Of a stretch of 49,662 nt of DNA, positions 30,853 to 39,873 are shown piece after piece (within the stretch, counting starts at the first letter, position 1; each line of letters begins with the position of its first letter). The translations under genes were made by a program, and so were the position numbers. This DNA is from Escherichia phage 1W, in sequence record OM475428; one strand, written 5' to 3'. The notes under the pieces were generated by a model. That model did not search any database and was not told where the DNA came from. It saw only the letters and a list, made by a program, of their open reading frames with translations.

Positions 30853-30950
30853 CTTTCATTAATCCCTGAATTGTTGGTTAATACGCTTGAGGGTGAATGC
30901 GAATAATAAAAAAGGAGCCTGTAGCTCCATGATGATTTTATTTTTCATGT

Positions 30951-31232
30951 TCACCGTTCCTTAAAGACGCCGTTTAACATGCCGATCGCCAGGCTTAAAT
31001 GAGTCGGTGTGAATCCCATCAGCGTTACCGTTTCGCGGTGCTTCTTCAGTACGCTACGGCAAATGTCATCGACGTTTTTATCCGGAAACTGCTGTCTGGC
31101 TTTTTTGATTTCATAATTAGCCTGACGGGCAATACTGCGAAGGGCGTTTTCTTGCTGAGGTGTCATTGAACAAGTCCCATGTCGGCAAGCATAAGCACAC
31201 AGAATATGAAGCCCGCTGCCAGAAAAATGCAT
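30951..31232 (-). CDS. Hypothetical protein (likely shorter; an internal start at MTPQQE is plausible)
   Basis: ORF in the early-left accessory region; no motif recognised. Confidence 0.4.
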   Translation of the reverse strand: MHFSGSGLHILCAYACRHGTCSMTPQQENALRSIARQANYEIKKARQQFPDKNVDDICRSVLKKHRETVTLMGFTPTHLSLAIGMLNGVFKER

Positions 31233-31242
31233 TCAGTGGTTG

Positions 31243-31434
31243 TCATACCTGGTCTCTCTCATCTGCTTCTGCTTTCGCCACCATCATTTCCAGCTTTTGT
31301 GAAAGGGATGTGGCTAACGTATGAAATTCTTCGTCTGTTTCTACTGGTATTGGCACAAACCTGACTCCAATTTGAGCGAGGCTATGTGCCATCTCGATAC
31401 TCGTTCTTAACTCAACGGGAGATGCTTTGTGCAT
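31243..31434 (-). CDS. Hypothetical small protein
   Basis: 63-aa ORF immediately upstream of the previous one, co-directional with the early-left operon. Confidence 0.4.
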   Translation of the reverse strand: MHKASPVELRTSIEMAHSLAQIGVRFVPIPVETDEEFHTLATSLSQKLEMMVAKAEADERDQV

Positions 31435-31585
31435 ACAGCCCCCCGTTTATTATTTATCTCCTCAGCCAGCCGCTGGGCTTTCAGTGGATTTTGGATAACA
31501 GAAAGGCCGGGAAATACCCAGCCTCGCTTTGTAACGGAGTAGACGAAAGTGATCGCGCCTACCCGGATATTATCGTGAGGATGCG

Positions 31586-32266
31586 TCATCGCCATTGCTC
31601 CCCAAATACAAAACCAATTTCAGCCAGTGCCTCGTCCATTTTTTCGATGAACTCCGGCACCATCTCGTCAAAACTCGCCATGTACTTTTCATCCCGCTCA
31701 ACCACGACATAATGCAGTCCTTCACGCTTCATACGCGGGTCATAGTTGGCAAAGTACCAGGCATCTTTTCGCGTCACCCACATGCTGTACTGCACCTGGG
31801 CCATGTAAGCCGACTTTATGGCCTCGAAACCACCGAGCCGGAACTTCATGAAATCCCGGGAGGTAAACGGGCATTTCAGCTCAAGGCCATTGCCGTCACT
31901 GCATAAACCATCGGGAGAGCAGGCGGTGCGCATACTTTCGTCGCGATAGATGATCGGGGATTCAGTAACATTCACGCCGGAAGTGAATTTAAACAGGGTT
32001 CTGGCGTCGTTCTCGTACTGTTTTCCCCAGGCCAGCGCCTTAGCATTAACTTCCGGAGCCACACCGGTGCAAACCTCAGCCAGCAAGGTGTGGAAGTAGG
32101 ACATTTTCATGTCAGGCCACTTCTTTCCTGAGCGGGGCTTTGCTATCACGTTGTGAACTTCTGAAGCGGTGATGACGCCGAGCCGTAATTTGTGCCATGC
32201 ATCATCCCCCTGTTCGACAGCTCTCACGTCGATCCCGGTACGCTGCAGGATAATGTCCGGTGTCAT
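31586..32266 (-). CDS. exo: Lambda exonuclease (Red alpha)
   Basis: 226 aa; essentially identical to lambda Exo from recall ([54 protein letters not shown]). Confidence 0.95.
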   Translation of the reverse strand: MTPDIILQRTGIDVRAVEQGDDAWHKLRLGVITASEVHNVIAKPRSGKKWPDMKMSYFHTLLAEVCTGVAPEVNAKALAWGKQYENDARTLFKFTSGVNVTESPIIYRDESMRTACSPDGLCSDGNGLELKCPFTSRDFMKFRLGGFEAIKSAYMAQVQYSMWVTRKDAWYFANYDPRMKREGLHYVVVERDEKYMASFDEMVPEFIEKMDEALAEIGFVFGEQWR

Positions 32267-33048
32267 GCTGCCACCTTCTGCTCAGTGGCTTTCTGTTTCA
32301 GGAATCCAAGAGCTTTCACTGCTTCGGCTTGTGTCAGTTCTGACGATGCGCGAATGTCGCGGCGAAATATCTGGGAACAGAGCGGCAATAAGTCGTCATC
32401 CCATGTTTTATCCAGGGCGATCAGCAGAGTGTTAATCTCCTGCATGGTTTCATCGTTAACCGGAGTGATGTCGCGTTCCGGCTGACGTTCCGCAGTGTAT
32501 GCAGTATTTTCGACAATGCGCTCGGCTTCATCCTTGTCATAGATACCAGCAAATCCGAAGGCCAGACGGGCACACTGAATCATGGCTTTATGCCGTAACA
32601 TCCGTTTGGGATGCGACTGCCACGGCCCCGTGATTTCTCTGCCTTCGCGAGTTTTGAATGGTTCGCGGCGGCATTCATCCATCCATTCGGTAACGCAGAT
32701 CGGATGATTGCGGTCTTTGCGGTAAATCCGGCACGTACATGATTCATTGTCCTGCTCAAAGTCCATGCCATCAAACTGCTGGTTTTCATTGATGATGCGG
32801 GACCAGCCATCAACGCCCACCACCGGAACGATGCCGTTCTGCTTATCAGGGAAGGCGTAAATTTCTTTCGTCCACGGATTAAGGCCGTACTGGTTGGCGA
32901 CGATCAGCAATGCGATGAACTGCGCATCGCTGGCATCACCTTTAAATGCCGTCTGACGAAGAGTGGTGATCAGTTCCTGTGGGTCGACAGAATCCATGCC
33001 GACACGTTCAGCCAGCTTCCCGGCTAGCGTTGCGAGTGCTGTACTCAT
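32263..33048 (-). CDS. bet: Recombination protein Bet (Red beta)
   Basis: 261 aa; essentially identical to lambda Bet from recall ([44 protein letters not shown]). Confidence 0.95.
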   Translation of the reverse strand: MSTALATLAGKLAERVGMDSVDPQELITTLRQTAFKGDASDAQFIALLIVANQYGLNPWTKEIYAFPDKQNGIVPVVGVDGWSRIINENQQFDGMDFEQDNESCTCRIYRKDRNHPICVTEWMDECRREPFKTREGREITGPWQSHPKRMLRHKAMIQCARLAFGFAGIYDKDEAERIVENTAYTAERQPERDITPVNDETMQEINTLLIALDKTWDDDLLPLCSQIFRRDIRASSELTQAEAVKALGFLKQKATEQKVAA

Positions 33049-33053
33049 CCGTT

Positions 33054-33350
33054 TTATACCTCTGAATCAATATCAACATGGTGGTGAGCAATGGTTTCAA
33101 CCATGTACCGGATGTGTTCTGCCATGCGCTCCTGAAACTCAACATCGTCATCAAACGCACGGGTAATGGCTTTTTTGTTGGCCCCGCAGCGTTGCAAATG
33201 ATCGATGCAGAGTGATTCAAACAGGTGCTGTGGAAGACCTTTTTCCATGTCGTCTGCCAGTTCTGCCTCTTTCTCTTCACGGGCGATCTGCTGGTAGTGA
33301 CGCGCCCAGCTTTGAGCCTCAAGACGATCCTGAATGTAATAAGCGTTCAT
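33054..33350 (-). CDS. gam: Gam (RecBCD inhibitor, GamS form)
   Basis: 98 aa; near-identical to lambda GamS from recall ([21 protein letters not shown]). Confidence 0.9.
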   Translation of the reverse strand: MNAYYIQDRLEAQSWARHYQQIAREEKEAELADDMEKGLPQHLFESLCIDHLQRCGANKKAITRAFDDDVEFQERMAEHIRYMVETIAHHHVDIDSEV

Positions 33351-33425
33351 GGCTGAACTCCTGAAAATGGCTGTGAAAATATCGCCTGCGAAATGCCGGG
33401 CTGATTAGGTAAACAGGAAAGGGGA

Positions 33426-33836
33426 TTAGTGATTCAGGCCGTTGCCGCGTCCGTCGAGAAAAACTTCCACGAGCAAATCACGGGTATAAGTGCGCTCGAT
33501 GCCGCGATGCAGATAAAGCCGTCCGCGTAAATTAGCTGATGCAGTCCAGGTACCATCTTTGTGTTTGACCAGCATTCCTGGCATGACCGCACCGCGATTA
33601 ACGGTCTGCGTTCCGTAATGTTGATGAACCATAAAAACTCCTGCCCGTAAGCTGGGCTGCTGAACATATAGAGACTTCTGCGCGTATTCAGGCGGTGGAT
33701 GGCCGCCGGTTGTCATAACTAAGCCGCCTCGTTGAAGCGACTGAGGTATGAGGTGTTGAGTTGATTTCAGCTGGTCACACCGACGTTCACGCGTCCGCTT
33801 CACCCCTCGCACTCCCCGGAGCCTGCTGAAATTCAA
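33426..33836 (-). CDS. Hypothetical protein at the first position of the leftward early operon; true start uncertain (the track start is TTG; in-frame ATGs give 96- or 68-aa products)
   Basis: Located directly downstream of the inferred OL/PL region; the conceptual N-terminus is Arg-rich ([15 protein letters not shown]) but precedes the first ATG. Confidence 0.35.
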   Translation of the reverse strand: MNFSRLRGVRGVKRTRERRCDQLKSTQHLIPQSLQRGGLVMTTGGHPPPEYAQKSLYVQQPSLRAGVFMVHQHYGTQTVNRGAVMPGMLVKHKDGTWTASANLRGRLYLHRGIERTYTRDLLVEVFLDGRGNGLNH

Positions 33837-33899
33837 GCTGCGGATCTAAGCGGTCATCGCAACGGTGAATCAGGTGATTGCCGTATCGTTGTGTTGTTG

Positions 33900-34030
33900 C
33901 GACATGGTGATAATAGCTATTGTTATTGGCTGTATCAATACTTATTGCTATTGATTGATGTGTTTTGATATTAACTGTTTGATAGCAAAAAGAATTAATT
34001 TTGTGACTTGTATCGCATAGCGATAACTGA
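33900..34030 (-). promoter_or_regulatory. Candidate OL/PL operator-promoter region
   Basis: Contains GCTATTGTTAT (33916-33926) and TTGCTATTG (33945-33953), which recur in the cI-cro intergenic region (36344-36354, 36342-36350), plus the near-palindrome TATCGCATAGCGATA (34011-34025). Confidence 0.5.
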
Positions 34031-34071
34031 AGGGAGGATGTGGTGGTTTTTCGAACGGTTTGTGTGATGAG

Positions 34072-34105
34072 GGGACAAAAGAAAACCCGGCACGGTGGCC
34101 GGGAT
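34072..34105 (-). terminator. Intrinsic terminator ending the cI-linked operon (timm-like)
   Basis: On the minus strand the stem cccggccaccgtgccggg is followed by ttttcttttgt, immediately after the stop of the 125-aa gene. Confidence 0.7.
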
Positions 34106-34107
34106 TC

Positions 34108-34485
34108 TTACGCAGGTAGGTAAAGATATGATTGTGGTGGCTTAATATTACTACCTAGAGCAGAGATAGGAATTGGTTCTTTATATCTTTCCACTTCACC
34201 AATTTTTATTGCGTAGGCCTTTTCTCTACCTGAATAATATGAGTCATAAAATTGCTTAGAAATACCTGCGTGTTTTTCCGTCTTTTTCCAAAGAGATTCC
34301 GGTTCGTCACTTAGTATTGATTCAATACGGAATTGACCAACAACTTTACCTAATGGCATCGTGGCATAAATAACAACGGTGCTAATTTGCGGATTTTTGA
34401 ATATACCTTTACGAAACTCGAACCGCTTTGTTCCGTTCAATATTTTTTCTGCAAACTCAGGCTTAATGGATAATAAAACTTTCAT
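34108..34485 (-). CDS. ASCH-domain (PUA-like fold) protein; second gene of the candidate cI-linked accessory operon
   Basis: 125 aa; N-terminal pattern MKVLLSIKPEFAEKILNGTKRFEFRK is typical of ASCH domains; AT-rich; start overlaps the upstream gene by 23 nt. Confidence 0.6.
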   Translation of the reverse strand: MKVLLSIKPEFAEKILNGTKRFEFRKGIFKNPQISTVVIYATMPLGKVVGQFRIESILSDEPESLWKKTEKHAGISKQFYDSYYSGREKAYAIKIGEVERYKEPIPISALGSNIKPPQSYLYLPA

Positions 34486-35536
34486 TTATCTTGCCTAACT
34501 CGATGATCTTTAAGAACTGCTCATTTGTGAGTTTAAAGTGACTCCATCGGAATGCACGCGAACCATTTAGCCCCACATGATCTATTAAAATAGCACGATT
34601 GGGTCTCTTTGGCAAAGACAGATTGTATGTGAATCTTATAATGAAAGGGTATCGACGTTCTTTATAGATTTTTCTGAGTTCATCTTCAGAAAATACGCTA
34701 AAACGAATACAATAGTCTACAAAACTATCTTCGCTTAAAAATTCAGAAATATTTTTTACGCTCTCAACTACACATAATGTACTGGCTACAGAACGATAGC
34801 GAGCTGGCCCTTTTTTGTCTCCGGTTCTATAGATGACAATGATATCTCCTCTTTTCATTCCCATCACAGAACGCATTCCACATATGTAAATTTTATGAAT
34901 GCTGTTAGCATGGGATATATCTTTGACAATATCTGGTGATTCATTTACAAGTTTTGAATCAGGGAATAGTCTAGTGTGATATTCGGGATAAATCGCCAGT
35001 AAATATTTGTTGGCCCTTGATGTCATTATTCGAGGGTAATCTAATAAAATATCACCATAAGGCTCATGCAAAGACCTCGCATATACAAACTCTTTCCCGT
35101 TATGTGTTTCTTTTTCACCATGAATGTAAAATCCGTACGTTTGGAAAAGTTTTATTAGATGGACGTGTTTGTCGAAAACAGTAACATAAATATCATCAGA
35201 TTTTGATGAAAATGCATGGTCAAACGCTTTTTTTAGAAATCGTTGTCCGCGAAGGGTGCCTTTAGATTCAAATTTGAATGTTCCTATCTTTAGATGACGT
35301 CCTGGTGGGAGCGCTGGATTAATGTCATTTGCATCATCATTTTCTTTTAGATACATAAAACCTTCGATTTTATGCTTGTCATCATAGAGCACATAAGCTG
35401 ATTCTCCTTCTCTGGCTTTTTTTTCTAACCAAAGAGGAAACTCTTTATAATCTTTTTTTAAAGAGTCAAAAAATGGGTCATTGTGATCAAAATCAGAGAA
35501 TTTCTCATATTTTAAAGTATCCATTAAGTTCTCCAT
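34463..35536 (-). CDS. 357-aa protein with N-terminal GNAT-like acyltransferase-type motifs and an uncharacterised, possibly PUA-like, C-terminal region; first gene of the candidate cI-linked accessory operon
   Basis: ATG 68 bp downstream of the cI stop, same strand; motifs LRGQRFLKKAF and HLIKLFQTYGFYIHGEK resemble GNAT motifs A and B; AT-rich relative to the phage backbone. Confidence 0.5.
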   Translation of the reverse strand: MENLMDTLKYEKFSDFDHNDPFFDSLKKDYKEFPLWLEKKAREGESAYVLYDDKHKIEGFMYLKENDDANDINPALPPGRHLKIGTFKFESKGTLRGQRFLKKAFDHAFSSKSDDIYVTVFDKHVHLIKLFQTYGFYIHGEKETHNGKEFVYARSLHEPYGDILLDYPRIMTSRANKYLLAIYPEYHTRLFPDSKLVNESPDIVKDISHANSIHKIYICGMRSVMGMKRGDIIVIYRTGDKKGPARYRSVASTLCVVESVKNISEFLSEDSFVDYCIRFSVFSEDELRKIYKERRYPFIIRFTYNLSLPKRPNRAILIDHVGLNGSRAFRWSHFKLTNEQFLKIIELGKINESFIIH

Positions 35537-35604
35537 TCTAAAATGAATAATTAAGTTGTTTTACTGAATGAGCACAATGCCCGGTTGATAATTTTTAATT
35601 GGTA

Positions 35605-36297
35605 CTATCCATGCTTCCTATACGTCTGCGGCATGCTCCCAATAACTTTCCCGAAGATAAATACCCGGTTCATCTCATCTTTCTCGATCGGGTCCCACGG
35701 TGAGTAGCTTTTGTTATCAGAGATAACCAGCAGCTTATCCTTCATCATTTGCAGGCGCTTTACATGGGCTGTGTCGTCGTACAGAAACGCATAGATACCA
35801 TCACCGTCGAAAGATTTAACCGTGATATCAACGAATAGAAGATCACCAGGTTCAATCGTTCCTGACATGCTGTCACCGCGTACGTTAATGATGCGGATAT
35901 TTTCTGCCTTCCTACCATCGAACATGTGACGAGCATCGTCAAACGAGTACTCAACCGAGCGTAGAACTTCTACAAACTCACGGTTGATGACTCCCGGCCC
36001 GGCACTCACTTCTATATCAAGAACGTCAATCTTGAAGTATTTGGGATGGTTGGCAGTAGGCTTCCCTAATTGTTGACCGTCATTTCTCATCGGGCCTATG
36101 CCTGATGAGAGCCACTCTGTTCGAACACCCAATGCATTAGCTATTTCAACAATTTTTGTTGAGCCGCGCGCGTTGCCGCTTGTCAGTCTCCAGATTGTGG
36201 GTTGAGCTACGCCAGACGCCTTTGCAAGAGCGCCTTGAGACATTCCAGATTGTTCCATCGCTAGGTTTAAGCGATCAGCAAGAGTTTCTTTTTTCAT
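35605..36297 (-). CDS. cI: CI-type repressor (HTH plus LexA/S24-like autocleavage domain)
   Basis: HTH QGALAKASGVAQPTIWRL; C-terminal S24 features (VRGDSMSG with the catalytic Ser, Lys in HVKRL); ATG at 36297 preferred over the TTG at 36333; divergent from cro. Confidence 0.85.
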   Translation of the reverse strand: MKKETLADRLNLAMEQSGMSQGALAKASGVAQPTIWRLTSGNARGSTKIVEIANALGVRTEWLSSGIGPMRNDGQQLGKPTANHPKYFKIDVLDIEVSAGPGVINREFVEVLRSVEYSFDDARHMFDGRKAENIRIINVRGDSMSGTIEPGDLLFVDITVKSFDGDGIYAFLYDDTAHVKRLQMMKDKLLVISDNKSYSPWDPIEKDEMNRVFIFGKVIGSMPQTYRKHG

Positions 36298-36407
36298 AAG
36301 TTTTAATTTATACGCTTGCGTATTGATGGTCAAAACACGTTTTGCTATTGTTATGATTAATACGCATTGCTATTATTTATTCATTGTAATACCAATAGGA
36401 ATTAATA
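36298..36407. promoter_or_regulatory. OR / PRM-PR operator-promoter region
   Basis: Divergent cI/cro intergenic region with palindromes ATACGCTTGCGTAT (36310-36323) and CAAAACacGTTTTG (36331-36344), and repeats shared with the OL region. Confidence 0.6.
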
Positions 36408-36635
36408 ATGACAAATCAAACCATTCAACTCGCAATCAGTATTACAGGTAGTCAAAAACGACTGGCAGATCTATGCGGTGTAGCCCAGCCCACTGTTTGG
36501 CGTTGGCTACACGGTGGCGGAATTGATGCCCGCTATGTAATGAAAATTGTCTCAGCCACTGGTGGAAAGATTAAACCAGCAGATATTCGTCCCGACCTCG
36601 CACCATTGTTTAACGCGAGTAATTCTGCCGCCTAA
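36408..36635 (+). CDS. cro: Cro-like repressor
   Basis: 75 aa; HTH (QKRLADLCGVAQPTVWRWLHGG); divergently transcribed from cI. Confidence 0.8.
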   Translation: MTNQTIQLAISITGSQKRLADLCGVAQPTVWRWLHGGGIDARYVMKIVSATGGKIKPADIRPDLAPLFNASNSAA

Positions 36636-36659
36636 TCTGCGGCGTTAACTGATAAGGCA

Positions 36660-37205
36660 ATGACTATGCAACCACTTACATACCAACAGACTAGCGGATT
36701 TAGCCCGACTGCGGTGATAAATCGTTCTCAAACAAAACAGGCGCCAGGCCACGAAAAAATCCGTGATGCCGTTCGCGCCTGGTCGGCTGCAGATAATCAG
36801 GATGTTGTTGCCGCACTCATTGTGAATGAGTATCGGGAGCAGGGCGGCGGCACCATCGATTTTCCTGATGATGTCAGCCGTGCACGCCAGAAGCTGTTCC
36901 GCTTCCTCGATAACAAATTCGATTCTGAAAAATACCGAAATAACGTGCGTGAACTGACCCCGGCAATTCTGGCGGTACTACCGCTGGAATATCGCGGCCA
37001 CCTGGTTGAGCAGGATAGCTTCATGGCTCGGCTGGCTGAAATGGAAAAGGAACTCAGTGAGGCAAAACAGGCTGTCATTCTCAACGCACCACGCCACCAG
37101 AAACTGAAGGAGATGAGTGAAGGCATTGTGTCGATGTTTCGTGTGGACCCGGATCTGGCTGGTCCACTGATGGCGATGGTCACCACCATGCTGGGGGCAA
37201 TATGA
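36660..37205 (+). CDS. Regulatory protein at the cII position (not lambda CII-like in sequence)
   Basis: 181 aa immediately after cro and before O; coiled-coil segment near the C-terminus; family uncertain. Confidence 0.45.
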   Translation: MTMQPLTYQQTSGFSPTAVINRSQTKQAPGHEKIRDAVRAWSAADNQDVVAALIVNEYREQGGGTIDFPDDVSRARQKLFRFLDNKFDSEKYRNNVRELTPAILAVLPLEYRGHLVEQDSFMARLAEMEKELSEAKQAVILNAPRHQKLKEMSEGIVSMFRVDPDLAGPLMAMVTTMLGAI

Positions 37206-37291
37206 CAGGTTCGGAAATGGCGAAAGCCGGTCTGCGCGAACAGAACCGACTTTCAGGTGCAAATCGTAACACACTCATTGCGGGAGGAATT

Positions 37292-38221
37292 ATGGCAAAC
37301 ACTGCTGAGATATTCAATTTTCCAGTGCCGGATGTGGCACAAAAGGAGCCGCGCGTGGCAGATCTCGATGATGGTTATACGCGCATTGCAAATGAGTTGC
37401 TGGAAGCTGTGATGCTGGCCGGATTAACACAGCACCAGCTTCTGGTCTTCCTGGCTGTCATGCGCAAAACATATGGCTTTAATAAAAAACTGGATTGGGT
37501 GAGCAACGAGCAACTTTCCGAGTTGACCGGGATATTGCCGCACAAGTGTTCTGCTGCAAAAAGTGTTCTGGTAAAGCGTGGGATTTTTATTCAGAGCGGG
37601 CGGAATATCGGCATTAATAATGTGGTCAGTGAATGGTCAACATTACCCGAATCAGGTAAGAAAAATAAAGTTTACCTGAAAGAGGTAAATTTACCTGAAT
37701 CAGGTAAGAAAAGTTTACCCAAATCAGGTAAAGGCGTTTACCCGAATCAGGTAAACACAAAAGACAAACTAACAAAAGACAATATAAAACCTTTTTCGTC
37801 CGAGAATTCTGACGAATCCTCTGACCAGCCAGAAAACGATCTTCCTGTGGTGAAACCGGATGCTGCAATTCAGAGCGGCAGCAAGTGGGGGACAGCAGAA
37901 GACCTGACCGCCGCAGAGTGGATGTTTGACATGGTGAAGACCATCGCGCCATCAGCCAGAAAACCAAATTTTGCAGGGTGGGCTAACGATATCCGCCTGA
38001 TGCGTGAACGTGACGGACGTAACCACCGCGACATGTGCGTGCTGTTCCGCTGGGCATGCCAGGACAACTTCTGGTCCGGTAACGTGCTGAGTCCGGCCAA
38101 ACTCCGCGACAAGTGGACTCAACTCGAAATCAACCGTAACAAGCAACAGGCTGGCGTGACAGCCGGAAAATCAAAACTCGACCTGACAAACACTGACTGG
38201 ATTTACGGGGTGGATTTATGA
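37292..38221 (+). CDS. O: Replication initiator O
   Basis: N-terminal region resembles lambda O (VADLDDGYTRIANELLEA, RKTYGFNK); the gene contains the iteron array; start MANTAEIF chosen by analogy to lambda O. Confidence 0.85.
   Translation: MANTAEIFNFPVPDVAQKEPRVADLDDGYTRIANELLEAVMLAGLTQHQLLVFLAVMRKTYGFNKKLDWVSNEQLSELTGILPHKCSAAKSVLVKRGIFIQSGRNIGINNVVSEWSTLPESGKKNKVYLKEVNLPESGKKSLPKSGKGVYPNQVNTKDKLTKDNIKPFSSENSDESSDQPENDLPVVKPDAAIQSGSKWGTAEDLTAAEWMFDMVKTIAPSARKPNFAGWANDIRLMRERDGRNHRDMCVLFRWACQDNFWSGNVLSPAKLRDKWTQLEINRNKQQAGVTAGKSKLDLTNTDWIYGVDL
37643..37755 (+). repeat. Replication origin iterons inside O (four to five copies of TTTACC(C/T)(G/A)AATCAGGTAA(G/A)) followed by an A/T-rich segment
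   Basis: Direct repeats at about 37643, 37690, 37714 and 37737, with a degenerate copy near 37671; A/T-rich 37756-37800; classic lambdoid ori architecture. Confidence 0.8.
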
Positions 38222-38919
38222 AAAACATCGCCGCACAGATGGTTAACTTTGACCGTGAGCAGATGCGCCGGATCGCCAACAACATGCCGGAACAGTACGA
38301 CGAAAAGCCGCAGGTACAGCAGGTAGCGCAGATCATCAACGGTGTGTTCAGCCAGTTACTGGCAACTTTCCCGGCGAGTCTGGCTAACCGTGACCAGAAC
38401 GAACTGAACGAAATCCGCCGCCAGTGGGTTCTGGCTTTCCGGGAAAACGGGATCACCACAATGGAACAGGTTAACGCAGGAATGCGCGTAGCCCGTCGGC
38501 AGAATCGACCATTTCTGCCATCACCCGGGCAGTTTGTTGCATGGTGCCGGGAAGAAGCATCCGTTATCGCCGGACTGCCAAACGTCAGCGAGCTGGTTGA
38601 TATGGTTTACGAGTATTGCCGGAAGCGAGGCCTGTATCCGGATGCGGAGTCTTATCCGTGGAAATCAAACGCGCACTACTGGCTGGTTACCAACCTGTAT
38701 CAGAACATGCGGGCCAATGCGCTTACTGATGCGGAATTACGCCGTAAGGCCGCAGATGAGCTTGTCCATATGACTGCGAGAATTAACCGTGGTGAGGCGA
38801 TCCCTGAACCAGTAAAACAACTTCCTGTCATGGGCGGTAGACCTCTAAATCGTGCACAGGCTCTGGCGAAGATCGCAGAAATCAAAGCTAAGTTCGGACT
38901 GAAAGGAGCAAGTGTATGA
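38218..38919 (+). CDS. P: Replication protein P (DnaB helicase loader)
   Basis: 233 aa; essentially identical to lambda P from recall (MKNIAAQMVNFDREQMRRIANNMPEQYDEKPQVQQVAQIINGVFSQLL). Confidence 0.95.
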   Translation: MKNIAAQMVNFDREQMRRIANNMPEQYDEKPQVQQVAQIINGVFSQLLATFPASLANRDQNELNEIRRQWVLAFRENGITTMEQVNAGMRVARRQNRPFLPSPGQFVAWCREEASVIAGLPNVSELVDMVYEYCRKRGLYPDAESYPWKSNAHYWLVTNLYQNMRANALTDAELRRKAADELVHMTARINRGEAIPEPVKQLPVMGGRPLNRAQALAKIAEIKAKFGLKGASV

Positions 38920-39218
38920 CGGGCAAAGAGGCAATTATTCATTACCTGGGGACGCATAAGAGCTTCTGTGCACAGGACGTTGCCGCGGTAACAGGCGCAA
39001 CCGTAACCAGCATAAATCAGGCTGTGGCTAAAATGGCGCGGGCAGGAATCCTGGTCGTTGATGGTAAGGTCTGGCGAACGGTGTATTATCGGTTCGCTAC
39101 CAGAGAAGAACGGGAAGGAAAGGTGAGCGCGAATTTGATTTTTAAGGAGTGTCGCCAGAGTGCCGCGATGAAACGGGTATTGAGGGTATATAAAAGAACA
39201 TCAATGGGTACACAATGA
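38916..39218 (+). CDS. ren: Ren (Rex exclusion relief protein)
   Basis: 100 aa; near-identical to lambda Ren from recall (MTGKEAIIHYLGTH). Confidence 0.85.
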   Translation: MTGKEAIIHYLGTHKSFCAQDVAAVTGATVTSINQAVAKMARAGILVVDGKVWRTVYYRFATREEREGKVSANLIFKECRQSAAMKRVLRVYKRTSMGTQ

Positions 39219-39285
39219 TGAAACAGGTGAGTTGAGTTCAAACTGTAGTACAATTCTCTCCAGTTTGAACAGGAAAGAATATGCT

Positions 39286-39618
39286 ATGAACCCTTATATT
39301 TATCTTGGTGGTGCAATACTTGCAGAGGTCATTGGTACAACCTTAATGAAGTTTTCAGAAGGTTTTACACGGTTATGGCCATCTGTTGGTACAATTATTT
39401 GTTATTGTGCATCATTCTGGTTATTAGCTCAGACGCTGGCTTATATACCTACAGGGATTGCTTATGCTATCTGGTCAGGAGTCGGTATTGTCCTGATTAG
39501 CTTACTATCATGGGGATTTTTCGGCCAACGGTTGGACCTGCCAGCCATTATAGGCATGATGTTGATTTGTGCCGGTGTGTTGGTTATTAATTTATTGTCA
39601 CGAAGCACACCACATTAA
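39286..39618 (+). CDS. emrE: SMR-family multidrug efflux protein EmrE
   Basis: 110 aa from MNPYIYLGGAILAEVIGTTLMKFSEGF; matches E. coli EmrE (encoded in the DLP12 prophage) from recall; four TM helices. Confidence 0.9.
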   Translation: MNPYIYLGGAILAEVIGTTLMKFSEGFTRLWPSVGTIICYCASFWLLAQTLAYIPTGIAYAIWSGVGIVLISLLSWGFFGQRLDLPAIIGMMLICAGVLVINLLSRSTPH

Positions 39619-39873
39619 AAATAATTTATTTTTAAACGACTAAAATATGGAGGTTCGTATATTTGTATGGGCCTCGTTTTATGCTTTTTGTTAATGTCTT
39701 TAGTTTTTATTCATTCTTTTGATCTTTCAAGACCATGGTGTAAGAAAATTGCAATACGATTATTGTTGTATATTCAAGATAATGTGACCTTAATTGTCTT
39801 TTTAAATAAAAATTAAACAAAAATCATATCTCACCACTAAGGTTTATAAAAGCATACTTTAGCAGGTGTCACC

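Noticed and set aside
33837-33900. nutL (boxA/boxB) downstream of PL
   Set aside because: No convincing boxA consensus or boxB stem-loop could be identified by eye; left unannotated.
36636-36659. Short inverted repeat (CCGCC ... GCGGCG) after cro as a possible nutR boxB or tR1
   Set aside because: The stem is only 4-5 bp and there is no adjacent boxA-like sequence; too weak to call.
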